Positions 29,048-40,259 of a DNA stretch of 64,000 bases are shown here, one piece after another (within the stretch, counting starts at the first letter, position 1; each line of letters begins with the position of its first letter). Location: the NCBI GenBank assembly GCA_963771565.1, contig CAVYUB010000006.1, positions 228,404 through 292,403 on the forward strand, written 5' to 3'. This stretch comes from an uncultured Acidobacteriaceae bacterium (GTDB taxonomy: Bacteria > Acidobacteriota > Terriglobia > Bryobacterales > Bryobacteraceae). Under the pieces are notes generated by a model, which was given only the letters and a program-made list of their open reading frames with translations, was not told the DNA's origin and made no database searches. Both the position numbers and the translations under genes were made by a program.

Positions 29048-29344
29048 CTAGCCCCGCAGCGCATCACGAATCATCGTTTCAAGTCCCTGCTTCGATAACA
29101 CCGTACTGATAAATAATTCCTGGCGAGCGCCCGCACTCAGCGCAATTGCCTTCCAGCCATTCATCGTAGGAACGGTTACGCGAATAGCCGCTTCACCTTT
29201 AGCATCCCGCACAGGACGAATGACGCCGGGAATCACAGACCGGATCTCCTGGTTCTTGGTCAGCAAGCGCTCCAGCACCGGGCGTAAGCCTTCGATAATG
29301 CTGTGTTCCACTTTGAGCTTGCCTTTGACCGCCCGCAGTCTCAT
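29048..29344 (-). CDS. Small hypothetical protein, last gene of the bamA-tamB operon
   Basis: The ORF runs 29048..29413. A start at 29344 (MRLRAVKGKLKVEH) lies 4 nt after the tamB stop. I recognise no family. Confidence 0.4.
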   Translation of the reverse strand: MRLRAVKGKLKVEHSIIEGLRPVLERLLTKNQEIRSVIPGVIRPVRDAKGEAAIRVTVPTMNGWKAIALSAGARQELFISTVLSKQGLETMIRDALRG

Positions 29345-29348
29345 GTTT

Positions 29349-32300
29349 TCATTTGAAACGCTTCTTGTACTGTATGTCGATGCCGAACTCGCCATTATCG
29401 TCCCGGAGCGCAATCACCGAGTACTGCCTATTGAGCGCCCACTCAAAGCGGAAGATTTGCTCCGATGTCTGCGAAAGATTCGTGACGTATGTGATCGTAA
29501 CATCCTGTGACATCTGCTGCTCCACCGTAAGGCGCGCCTGAGGAGTGTTCGTAATAATGCCCTGCACGAACGGGTCAATCTTAATGTTTGTAATGCCAAA
29601 AAGTTTTGAGAGGCGGTTTGAGGCCGGAGAAATCGCTTGACCAAGAACGGTATTCGCGCCGGATTGCAGAGAGCTGACATCATTCGCCACCTGCACGTTG
29701 GCCACGTTGGACGCGATGTCGGGCGTGCGTCCGACGGTCAGAAGAGCAACGATGTCTCTCGGTTGAAGAGGCGGGTCGGAACGGTAATTTATGTTTAGCT
29801 TGCTAAGCGTTCCCGAGACCGTTATGTCTACTGTGATGCCACGCGCCTGAGTTTGCAGATCCAGGTCAAGCACAGGTTCCATCTTGACTGGGTTGACAAA
29901 GTTCACTTGCCCGCGGTTGATACTGTATTTGGTTCCGAATACCTTGATATCGCCCTGGTTCGCCGAGATGTTTCCCAGAAGTACCGGGCGATTGGGCGTA
30001 CCGCGCAAGCGAAGATCTATTTCTGCCTCAACATCCTCGCTCAAGCTGGTGTTTAACTGCAGGTCTGGAGCGCTCTCCACCCGAATGTCCAACTGTAGGC
30101 CCGTTAGAAAATCATTATCAGTAGTAGTAGGGGTCGGAACCGGCGCTGTGCTTCGAGCCAACAAACTGCCTACATCGGTACTTGGGTTGAATGCTATCCG
30201 CAAGATCCTGATAGTTCCCGAGAGCAGGCTGCTCTTGCTGGTGCCAGTTAGTCGAAGGCCTGAATTGGCAGTTACGCTTATGCCGGCCGCGTAGCGCAGT
30301 CGCACGTTGTCAGCGTTTGCTTCAAGATGATAGACGAGAGGCCCGCCGCCAGCGAAGCTGACAAAGCCGCGCAACGAGAGATCGCCGCCACCGCTATGTG
30401 CCGTGAGTTTCTGGATGGTCGCGCGGTCGTCATTAAACCTTACCGTCCCGTTCACGTTGCTCAGTCCATTCGGTACATCATTCAGAAAGAATGAACCGTT
30501 CTTCACCTCGAGAGTGCCGGTGACACCCGGACTTTTCAGCGTCCCGCTAATGGAAGCTGCAATCTGAGACTCGCCGGAGGAGCGCACATTTGGGTCGAAT
30601 AGCTCAAAGAATCGAAGATCGAGTGAGCCCTCGGCTCTCAGTTCCATCGGCCGCTCTCCAACGTAGGGAATCGATCCGCTGAGCGCCACGCTGGTATCCT
30701 TTCCGGCGATCTGGAAACTGCGAATGACCGCAACGCCGTTCGACGCGTCTAGTACGATCGGATTCTGGTTGTGAAAAATCAGGTCGCTGGGCCTGGCTTG
30801 CGCTCCGGTCTCAACTGGTACGACTGGATTCAGTTGCACTTGTTCGATGCGAATAGTGGACCGCCATTGCGCCGGCGTCTGGAGTGGTCCTTCAAATGTC
30901 AACCCACCTTGCAGAAACCCGCGAACTGGTAATGGGTTTACCTGTCCGGAATGGACCAGGGCATATAACGTGGCGAGTTCGACGCGACCAAGATGCAGCT
31001 CACCTTTCACGGGAGTCCCAGATACGAGTTGTACCTGTGCAGTGCCATTCAGCTGAGTTTCGCGCAGATCACCTGAAAACTTCGCATCCAGGATTCGCCC
31101 GTGCGTTGCAGCATTTAAAGTGACATTTCCATATCTCACGCCCTGAACGGATAGGTCTCGCAGAACCACGGTCCCGTTGGCATTGGTAGGCTCGATTTGA
31201 TTAGCCGTCACGTGAGCCGAGCCCTGAGCATGGATCTCAAATCGACCGATGAGTCCCGGGTCGTACTTTCGCACGATCGAAATACTCGAAAGCGGAAATC
31301 CGTTGCTATCGATTCGTAAGCGGACCTGTCCCTCTCGCCAGGAACCGTGCACATGCTGGTAAGTGCCGGAGAAAGACACGAGCGCCGGACCTGCTTGAAG
31401 GCGACCTTCAGTGATCTCAAGCCGGTTACCGGCTAAAGTTGTCGCAACCTGTACCCGATTCACTCGCTCGCCATATGCGTCAAGATTGTCAACCGTAACT
31501 CGCGCGTTCCCGCTGAGCGCATTGAGCGAACCGCTGATATCGAGTGAGCCGGACGCGATCCCCCGACTGACGGGTAATCGCATTTTCGAGTATTCGGAAA
31601 TACTCTTCGTTAAATCTGCACCCCTAAACTGAGCGCGCAGGCGAAGCGGGCTGTCACTCTGCGTTGACCAATTCGCTAATCCTATGTCGCCATTGCCGCT
31701 AGCGTGCAGCATTCCTTGATCAATCGTGAGCGAAGCCAAATCCAGCTCGCTTGCGGACACGCTAACAACTGACCGAAGTTGGTCAAATCGCTGTCCGTTC
31801 ATCCGGAAACGAGCTAAAGCTAGGTTGCCTTGTATGCGAGGGTTCGTCAGCGGGCCCGCCACCGTGCCGTCGAAATGAAGACTTCCGTTTTCTAGCGTAA
31901 ATGGATGCGCGGCGGTGTGGGTCTTTGCGTATAGTAGCGGCCATGCCGGCTGAAGATCATCCAGGTTCGTGCTGTCGAGGGCTATCTGTAAACTGTTGCC
32001 CGCGGTACCAGAGAGTGACAGATGTGTACTTGGGAAATCGAGATGTGAGTTTCCAAGCTCTAGCACGTTTCCTCGTTCTCTATAAGCACCCGCAACGTTG
32101 CCGGAAACCGGGATGCTGCCCAAGCCGGGCGTAATCCGCAGCTCGCTCTGAACGACAAAATCGTGCGAGTTTCGGTCAAGTGTTGCCCCGATATGAATTC
32201 GCCCGTTAGCCGTTCCGCTCCAAACGAGGGGGTTTCCCGTGTATAAGCGCCCGATCTCACGGATATTAACTCCGCTGATTCTGCCCTCCAACTGAAGCTG

Positions 32301-33358
32301 GCGAAAATGCTCGAGCGTCGCTGCGCCTGTAATCCTGCTACCGAGCGCCGAAAGCGACAGGCGCGAAAATCTGAGCTGTTGGCCAGCGCCAGCAACATCA
32401 GATTCGAACTCGCCACCAGTAAATGCAAGTGCGCGGGATCGATACTCGAGATCGTGGCCAGTAACTTTGCCATTGAATACCAATGGTGCAGACGGATCAT
32501 AGTGCGCCGTAGCGTCTAGCGTCATCTGTCCCCGTCGCAGCTCAGGAAATTTCATAAAACCGGCAAACTCGCTGCTTGGGATCTGCGCTTTTATTCGTAA
32601 ATCCGCGCTGGCGTGGATAAAGTGCACGGTTCCACTCGCGTCAATCGTTGACGCCCCGGATTTGAGAGCGATCTGCGGCAAAAGGATGCGATTTTTTTCG
32701 ACTGCCGCGCGCGCATCCAGGTCAGAGGAAACAGCAGGAAAGCGATCGGAATCGATACGTAGCTGATGCGAAGAAACCGTAACGTTATATCGAGGTCCGG
32801 CGAAATCATAGCTCACGACAAGCATCAGATTCTCTCCGTGCGCGCCTGAGCGGAATCCGTTGCGACCTCGGTTTGAATTGTGCCGTGGTTGAGCTCAAAA
32901 TGCCGCACCTTGAGGCTAAGCAATTCTTGCGCTACATTCCCGGAAGCTCGAAGTCTCGGAGCAGGAATATTCGTCTTTCCATCGGCATGGATGAGCAGGT
33001 AAATCTCGGGGTGTTCCACCGCTAGCGAAGCGATGTCCACTTCCCGCTTCAGGAGCGAAATGATTTTCAATCGCACACGGACGGAATCAGCCCGAAAGAG
33101 CGGTGGACCGGAGCGGGGCTCAGTCCCGCGGACGGCTAGGTTCTTCAATTGGGCAGTGAGGGTGCGCCAATCGTACTCAAACGAGCCGAGCTCAACTCGC
33201 CCTCCACTTGTGCTCTCGATGGCAGAGATGATCTTTTCGCGAACCTTCTCTTGAAACCAGGTCGTCTGTACCGCGTAGAATGCAGACCAGGGCCAGCAGC
33301 AGCACAAGACTGCAAACGCTGGCGATAATAGTCAATACGATGCGGCGTTTCCGGCTCA
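29349..33358 (-). pseudogene. tamB: Translocation and assembly module protein TamB (AsmA-like, DUF490 C-terminus); two frame breaks
   Basis: The N-terminal anchor is MSRKRRIVLTIIASVCSLVLLLLAL, starting at 33358, with a slip near 33290. A second slip lies at 32825 (...ARTE(R)NLMLVVSYDFAGPRY). A long beta-rich body follows. The DUF490-like end is ...LTVEQQMSQDVTITYVTNLSQTSEQIFRFEWALNRQYSVIALRDDNGEFGIDIQYKKRF. Confidence 0.8.
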
Positions 33359-33365
33359 TTGCGAT

Positions 33366-34001
33366 TTATTCGAGCGATGCGTCGACGTACACGATATGCA
33401 CACGCCTGCGCCTCTCCTTTAACCACGCGTCCAATGCGCGGTCGATACGCTCCTCAACCAGCTTGTTTCGAATCGACTCCCGTAAAGCTTCGAGGCCAGG
33501 TGCGGGACCCGAATGATCCGCTTTCCAGTTTGCGATTTCACGCTCATATGCACTCTGGATCTCCGACTCAGAGATATCAACCTCAGGCTGAAAGCGATAT
33601 TCAATGAACCGCAATGTAGTAAGCTGCAAAGCCAGGTGATCTCTTAAAGTACTTTCGGTCAAACCGTACGTTGCAAGCGCCTCACTGAATTGGGCGGCAC
33701 TGCCGAACCCGCTGCGAATTTGTTCAAAATACTTACTCACATCTTCGTCATCAGGGAGAGGGTACCGGCTCACTTCCATTTCGCGCCTGACGATCAACTG
33801 CTGCACCAGGCGATCGGCCGCTGCACGCCGTGTATTCAGATCACGAACGATAGGTTGGCGATTTAAGAATGCGGTAACTCGAAGTTCTTCATCCAACTGT
33901 AGTTCTGTTATTGCTTCACGCCCTACAGTAACGGCGAGACGATCGACAACCTCCGCCGATGCGGCCAACGCCAAGCACAGAATGATCAACAAACGATGCA
34001 C
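33366..34001 (-). CDS. SurA N-terminal-domain-like periplasmic chaperone
   Basis: The 211-aa product has a signal peptide and then VVDRLAVTVGREAITELQLDEELR, a SurA_N-like helical protein. No parvulin domain is seen. Confidence 0.55.
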   Translation of the reverse strand: MHRLLIILCLALAASAEVVDRLAVTVGREAITELQLDEELRVTAFLNRQPIVRDLNTRRAAADRLVQQLIVRREMEVSRYPLPDDEDVSKYFEQIRSGFGSAAQFSEALATYGLTESTLRDHLALQLTTLRFIEYRFQPEVDISESEIQSAYEREIANWKADHSGPAPGLEALRESIRNKLVEERIDRALDAWLKERRRRVHIVYVDASLE

Positions 34002-36974
34002 TAGAATGCCTGTCCCAACGAAATGTGGAATTGGAACGCATTAATCTTTTGAACGGTCGCAACAGCGGTTCCATTCAAGTAATCTTGTTCTGTTCCCTTC
34101 AGACCGAAAAAGCGTGGCGCATCAGGACTAACTGACAAATCAACACGAAACGGGCCGATCGGAGTACGATAGCGGATGCCAAAGCCAACCGACTGCACCA
34201 TGTAGTTGAAATCCTGCAAATTCTCTTGGCGGAACCGGAAACTTATATCGCCGAGCGTACTGTACACATTGCCTGCATCGTGGAAAAGTACACCGCCCAG
34301 GTTGTCTCCATACAATGGAAAGCGCAGCTCCATGTTGTTTATGAACATGGCGTTACCGCCAATTGGAAAGCCCGTTTTTAAATCGCGCGGACCGGCCTGG
34401 AAATCCGGGAAAGCACGCAGCGAAGTGGAACCACCTGAATAGATTCGCTCAGCTAGCGGGATACTCGGCCGCCCGCCGGTCCGCGTGATTACCCCAAATT
34501 GCGTGCTGCGCGCGAATACCAGATCGCGGCCAAGCTGATAATACGTCGCGTTGCGAAACAGCCCACGCCCAAATTCCGTCTGAGACCCAAGAAACCCCGG
34601 AGCGTAGCCAATATCTATGGTCGTGTAAATGCCGTGATGGGCGTCCGTCGGATCGTCACGCTTGTCTTGAATTATCGAGAACTCCGCCATCCCCACTGTT
34701 TCGGGCTGCGAAAGAAGCGGTACGAGCAATTGATCAATTTTGAGGTTGGCCAGCGTTACATGGCGAAACACGAACCGATATTGCACCGTATAAGCGCGGG
34801 AGAGTTTTTGACCGAGTTGCAGCGAACCTTCGAGCCGATGTGCCGTGAAAGTTCGGATATCGTTTGAATCGTCAAAAAGCGCAGTGGCTGTGAAGTTCAA
34901 CCTATCGTTCGAAACGAACTGCGGAATAAAATACGTCAATGCGGCACGTTGTTCAATCGTCGAAATTGCCGTTTGAAGCCCCAACGTCTGACCTAGTCCA
35001 AGAAAATTAATGCGGCTGATCCCGAATGCAAAACGCGGTGCGAAGCCCGTTGTACCGGCCGGATTGTCGAGACTCGTGACGCCTCCGCCTATTCGCCCAA
35101 TTTGGGCGCCTACCCCAACGTTCATCGAGTAATGCCGCGCTTCGTCGAAATCGTACAGCACATACTTTTCGTCTTCATCTCCATCGGGATCCTGTATACC
35201 TGTATTGACGCGCGCAAAGATGCCAAGATCGTACAAGCGTCTTTGGCTTTCCGTGCTCTCAGCCAGCGATAGTGGCTCATCCTTTGTCAATTCGATGCGA
35301 TCGTAAACCAGCTTCGGACGAGTCGTTTCAAGGCCGCTGATAAGCACGCCTCGCACATACTTGCGCGGACCCGAATGCAGAATGTACTGGATGTTGACGT
35401 GGTTTGCTTCCTCAGCCGGCGCCACTCGATAGTCGAATGTCGCGTTGAGATAACCGCGATTGTAAAAGTAATTCAAAAGGTTGTCGCGGTCGTTGGCAAC
35501 ATTGGTCTCGCTGAATGGCTGCCGGGGCAGAGACGCGACCATGGAACGTAGCCTCGAAGCGTCATTCGCACTCACTCCCTCGATAGACAATTCCGATACA
35601 AACCATTGGACTCCCTCTTCAATACGGATCAAAACGGCCAAATGATTTCTTACGCCCCGGTAATCATCTTCCGTTCTCGACGTCACTTTCACATCGCGGA
35701 AGCCGTTTGAGGTGTACAAGTTTTCAATGGCCTGGACATCCTCTCGCAGATATACATCGCTGTATCGGCCATAAGGAAAGCGCGGGAACTCCGCGGCCTG
35801 CAAATATAGCCGTTCCCGAATCGTCTGCGCTGAGAAATAGTGATTGCCCTCGATGGCCAGATATACAAATCTATGTCGCGTGCCGGGATTGACCTGGTAA
35901 GTAATGATTCGCTCTTGTGATGCCGCCGCTCTTTGTTCAACCCGATAACTTACTTGCGCCTCGAAGTACCCTCGTGATTCAAGGTATTGCGCGATGTTGC
36001 GCTCGCCTTCGACGAGCAGGTCCGTATCAATGGAACGCTCTTGAAACACGGGTACAAGCTGCTTAAGTTTCCCGCTGCTGATTCTTGCGCCCGTTGCGCG
36101 TATAGCAACAGCGCTGCCCAGCGGCGATGTCAATTGATGGCTTCACGGTGTTTGTTTGATCGTGATAATCGAGACGCGCAAGCGACACCCGTGAACCAAG
36201 CCGGTTTTGCTTCTCATACAAGTGCCGCACGTTATCCAAACCTCGTCGAAGCCGGGCTTCAGTGAATTCCTGCCAACCCAGCAGCCCATACAAGCGCTTC
36301 CAGTGTGTCGCTCGAATTATGCTCTGGCCGGAACGCTCGGGATCTCCTGCAATCGCAGGGTCCTCGAAACGCGCGCGCTTTCCTGAAACAACATCGAAGC
36401 TTAAGTTCGCTTGCTCAATTTCTGGATCGTAATCAACATTCGCCTCGACGGTCGCGTGAAAATAACCATTTTGCCGAAGCAAATTTCTTAAAGAGTTAAG
36501 TGCCTCAGCCTTGTCGCTCTCTACATAGGGCAAGCCAAGCCGCAGCTTCGTTGCGCTTGCTAGCTGGCCGCTATTCGGTGGCTCTTTTACGCCGGAGATG
36601 ACGACATGGCCTACGAAGTAAGCTCGTTTGGTAAGGAATCTCAGCGCCACTCCGTCGCCGAATTCCGTCGCGTCTACGGCGAGGTCCGAAAATCGTCCTG
36701 TTGCGAACAGGTCCTGAATCGCTTGCCGCAGATCGCGCTCATGAAATACAGATCCGCTCTTGAACGGCAGGGCACGGGCCAGCTCCGTACTGGTAAGGGG
36801 CTGGTCCGCGGGTTCAAACTGGATGCTTACGATCCGCTGTCCTTCGTACTTCCTTGCCGCCTCGAGCAACGCTGAGTCTTGGTCTTGAGCAGCAAGAACC
36901 GCAACCGGCAACACGCTCGATACGTACAGCAAGACAGCCGCGCACTTCCACTTAACGGAGCTACGAAAAGCCAA
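34001..36974 (-). pseudogene. bamA: Outer membrane protein assembly factor BamA; one frame break
   Basis: The N-terminal fragment 36063..36974 carries a signal peptide and POTRA repeats (IVSIQFEP...). Fragment 34001..36133 carries more POTRA repeats and the Omp85 barrel, ending ...FQFHISLGQAF. The slip is near 36110. Confidence 0.85.
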
Positions 36975-37010
36975 GAGAATTCACGGCTTAGGCTGTTACC
37001 ATCGTCGTAT

Positions 37011-38030
37011 ATGACTCCGGGTGAGAAGGAGCGTTACTCCCGGCAGATCCTATTCGCCCCCATCGGAGAAGCAGGACAATCCAAGTTTTTAGACGCATCC
37101 GTATGCGTCGTCGGTTGCGGTGCATTGGGGAGCTTTCAGGCAGAGGCGCTCGCTCGTGCAGGTATCGGACAACTGCGGCTGATTGATCGCGATTACGTCG
37201 ATTACACAAATCTTCAACGCCAATGGCTCTACAACGAAGCCGACGCCCAGAACGAATCACCGAAAGCCATCGCCGCGGCGCGCAGGCTGCATGACCTGAA
37301 TCATGGTGTCAAAATCGAACCGTTCGTCGCGGATTTGACCCCATCCAACGCGGAAGAACTGATTCAGGGATGCGACCTCATCCTGGACGGCACGGATAAT
37401 TTTGAAACTCGGTATCTCCTTAACGATCTTAGCGTCAAGCTGAATATTCCCTGGATTTATGGCGCTGCCGTGGGCAGCTATGGCGTCGTGATGCCCATTC
37501 TGCCGGAGCGCGGACCATGTTTCACATGCGTATACCCGGCGCCACCGGCTGGAGTTCAACCTACCTGTGATGTTAATGGCGTGCTCGCGTCAACAACGGC
37601 AGCGGTTGCTTCTTTGCAAGTTACTGCTGCTTTACGCTGTCTGGTGGGCTGGCCCGATTTCGAATGCCGCATCCACACGCTCGACGTCTGGGAAGGTACA
37701 AGCAAGCACATTTCCGCGGGCCGGCGCGATCCTGACTGTCCGGTGTGCGCGGCACACGATTTTCGATACCTTGAAGGGCGTCGTCGAACTCCCGTCAGTC
37801 TTTGCGGACGAAATGCGGTGCAATTGCACGAGAATGCCAGACCCTTGAATCTCTCCGAGCTCGCCACCCGGCTTCGGCCGCTCGGCGATGTGCGTTTAAA
37901 CGAATTCGCATTGCGGCTTATGCTGCCTAAGTATCATCTGACATTCTTCCCCGACGGCCGCGCAATTATCAAAGGAACTACCGATATTGGCATTGCTCGG
38001 AGTCTTTATGCACGGCTCGTCGGCGCTTGA
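37011..38030 (+). CDS. ThiF/MoeB family E1-like adenylyltransferase
   Basis: The ATG is at 37011. Motifs are RYSRQILF, the nucleotide loop VVGCGALGS, DRDYVDYTNLQRQ, and Zn-type pairs CFTC and CPVC. A C-terminal domain of about 90 aa is present (LCGRNAVQL...DGRAIIKGTTD). Confidence 0.8.
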   Translation: MTPGEKERYSRQILFAPIGEAGQSKFLDASVCVVGCGALGSFQAEALARAGIGQLRLIDRDYVDYTNLQRQWLYNEADAQNESPKAIAAARRLHDLNHGVKIEPFVADLTPSNAEELIQGCDLILDGTDNFETRYLLNDLSVKLNIPWIYGAAVGSYGVVMPILPERGPCFTCVYPAPPAGVQPTCDVNGVLASTTAAVASLQVTAALRCLVGWPDFECRIHTLDVWEGTSKHISAGRRDPDCPVCAAHDFRYLEGRRRTPVSLCGRNAVQLHENARPLNLSELATRLRPLGDVRLNEFALRLMLPKYHLTFFPDGRAIIKGTTDIGIARSLYARLVGA

Positions 38031-38071
38031 AAAACAGCGGTTTCCAAACTCCAAGCAACCAAACCCAAATC

Positions 38072-38650
38072 ATGGACATTCGCGGTTGGGACGAGCGATA
38101 TCGTTCGAGAGAGCGGCCCTCGGAAGATTTTGACTCGCCGCCCACCCCGCTCCTGATTCACAGTGCGAATCAGCTGAAAGTCGGCAAGGCCCTCGACCTG
38201 GCATGTGGAACCGGTCGAAATGCGCTTTGGCTCGCTAAACAGGGTTGGAGCGTCACGGCCATCGACGCTGCGCCTGCGGCCATCGATGCGCTCCGCATTC
38301 GCGCTTCAAAGCTCGGCGTCAACGTGGAGGCGCGACAGGCGGACCTGGAGCGAGGCGAGTACGCCATCGAGAAATCGGTGTGGGATCTAATCTCGATTTG
38401 CTATTACCTGCAGCGAGATCTCTTTCAACCGGCAAAAGCAGGAATCGTGCCCGGAGGCGTTCTGCTCGCAATCGTTCACATCACCGAGCCCAGCGAAGAG
38501 CCGACCCACACACGGGCGAAACCAGGCGAGCTAAGAACGTATTTCACCGGCTGGGAGATCCTGCATTACTACGAAGGCAAATCCAACGACACAGCACACC
38601 AGCGCTCGGTTGCGGAGATCGTCGCGCGACGACCAAGTCCCAATCACTGA
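38072..38650 (+). CDS. Class I SAM-dependent methyltransferase (TehB-like)
   Basis: SAM motif I is ALDLACGTGRNALWLAKQGWSVTAIDAAP. The ORF opens at 38027, overlapping the thiF-like stop, and the first ATG is at 38072. Confidence 0.75.
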   Translation: MDIRGWDERYRSRERPSEDFDSPPTPLLIHSANQLKVGKALDLACGTGRNALWLAKQGWSVTAIDAAPAAIDALRIRASKLGVNVEARQADLERGEYAIEKSVWDLISICYYLQRDLFQPAKAGIVPGGVLLAIVHITEPSEEPTHTRAKPGELRTYFTGWEILHYYEGKSNDTAHQRSVAEIVARRPSPNH

Positions 38651-39645
38651 TACCTAGGCACCGATCGAAACCACAGCTCGATCCATGGTCCGGTTAGCGT
38701 GCCCTCTCCATTGCCTAGTACTGAGCGCGCGAGCACTCGCACCTCATTGCTGATCGCCCGCTCCTCCTTTTCCACCCAATCCGAGTTCTGAGGCAGCGGC
38801 AGCGTAATCAACTCGGAATTGAGCATGCCCTCGCGTCGGAAGCCAAACGGTTCAATCAGCCGCTCGAGCGTGGCTGCGCCGTATCCATACAAATAGGGAA
38901 ACCCAAGCAGGTTGTTATAACCCATGGCATCCCTCAGGAACTCCGCCGCACCGTTGCGGAGATCTTGTTCGCTCAATAGCATTTGGCATAAGGCGTAAAA
39001 CACCCCATTCGGCGTGCGCACGATCAATAAACCCTCCGGCTTCAGGATGCGGTGGCACTCGGCAAGCATTGGATGTGGCTCCGCAATCTGCTCAAAGCAA
39101 TTCCAGATGAACACTCCATCGAAGCTCGCATCCTCGAACCGGCACTCGCTCAATTCCTTGCTGTGAACCGTGAAACCCTTTGATCGCGCGAACCGGCTGG
39201 TATCTTTGCCGACGTCCACACCTTCAGCGCGCCACCCCCACTCCTGCGCGGTTTGTAGAAAGGCGCCGTAATGGCTGCCGACCTCCAGAACCTGCGCGCC
39301 AACGGGCAGCAGAGCACGATACGCCTTCTCTTTGTGCCGGAACGCGTCAAGATATCGCGGATACAGATGCTCCATCACGCTCGGATCGTATTCGTCTTCG
39401 GAATACGTTTCCGCCGCGGGCGCCTCTTGCTCATCACGTAACAGCAGCTTGCAGCCGGCGCATGCGAGTATATCCGCTCTCCCCTGATGAAAGAAGTCAG
39501 TGAGATCTTTCAGCTCGTCGCGAGAGGCCGGCCGCGCTAACCGCTCCTCCACAAACCGCTCCCGGTACCCGCATTCTTCTTCGATCTTGCGCGAAGGAAC
39601 AAGCAAAGAGAATGCGGTCTCCGCACAAATCGGACATTTCAACAT
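38644..39645 (-). CDS. Class I SAM-dependent methyltransferase with N-terminal zinc-ribbon
   Basis: CPIC...CAGC pairs lie at the N-terminus. Motif I is VLEVGSHYGAF and the post-I region is DGVFIWNCFEQI. Confidence 0.7.
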   Translation of the reverse strand: MLKCPICAETAFSLLVPSRKIEEECGYRERFVEERLARPASRDELKDLTDFFHQGRADILACAGCKLLLRDEQEAPAAETYSEDEYDPSVMEHLYPRYLDAFRHKEKAYRALLPVGAQVLEVGSHYGAFLQTAQEWGWRAEGVDVGKDTSRFARSKGFTVHSKELSECRFEDASFDGVFIWNCFEQIAEPHPMLAECHRILKPEGLLIVRTPNGVFYALCQMLLSEQDLRNGAAEFLRDAMGYNNLLGFPYLYGYGAATLERLIEPFGFRREGMLNSELITLPLPQNSDWVEKEERAISNEVRVLARSVLGNGEGTLTGPWIELWFRSVPRYQ

Positions 39646-39772
39646 CTAACAGATTAGATGCGTGGGAAAGCAAAGTACTTTCCTGCCTCAGTTTACAGCC
39701 GGTCATCCCTGGTTTGCATTCTTTTCGTCCCAGATTTCCTTCCGTATGTGTCAAACAGTTAGAGGAAATTAC

Positions 39773-40102
39773 ATGATTGATCCCAAGTTCAACGATCTGG
39801 CGGTTGACGCCGCAGGTGATTTCGATGATATTCCTGAAGAATCTCTTACCGAGGAGCAAAAAGCGGAGCGTCGCAGGAGAGCTAAAGCTGGCCTGAGTAT
39901 TAACGAGACGGTTGCCCGTGACGCAAACATGTCGGTAGGATCCAGGGGTACCGATACTTCGGGTGTCGAGGCAGGTGCCGGAGCCGGAGCGGGGTTGACG
40001 CAGGAAACTCCCCCTGGCCCCGGTGAATCGCCCGCTCCCGAGGTAGTCAAGGGCCCGCGCGGATCTGGAATGACGCCGCGAGGCGACTCGGACTTCAAGT
40101 AG
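39773..40102 (+). CDS. Small, mostly disordered hypothetical protein
   Basis: An RBS GAGGA lies 7 nt upstream of the ATG at 39773. The 109-aa product has acidic, basic and Gly/Ala/Pro-rich stretches. Coding status is uncertain. Confidence 0.35.
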   Translation: MIDPKFNDLAVDAAGDFDDIPEESLTEEQKAERRRRAKAGLSINETVARDANMSVGSRGTDTSGVEAGAGAGAGLTQETPPGPGESPAPEVVKGPRGSGMTPRGDSDFK

Positions 40103-40259
40103 CCATTGTTCACAGCCGGGCGAATGCTGGTATGCTGCGACCGTCCGGCTTTTCCCTCCCCGCCAACCCCGGCCTTGATCTCCGTTTTTCATTGTTCAGA
40201 ATCCTATTTCGTGGTTTACTTGACTCGTTGCAGATTTTCCGGCGGAGGAAAGAATCTTG

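Noticed and set aside
36975-38650. A microcin C-like system, with an MccB-type adenylating E1 plus methyltransferase acting on a short peptide.
   Set aside because: The E1-like protein starts directly with the MoeB/ThiF RYSRQ motif and lacks the N-terminal peptide-clamp domain of MccB. The 36-bp upstream gap has no mini-ORF ending in Asn. No exporter or immunity gene is adjacent.
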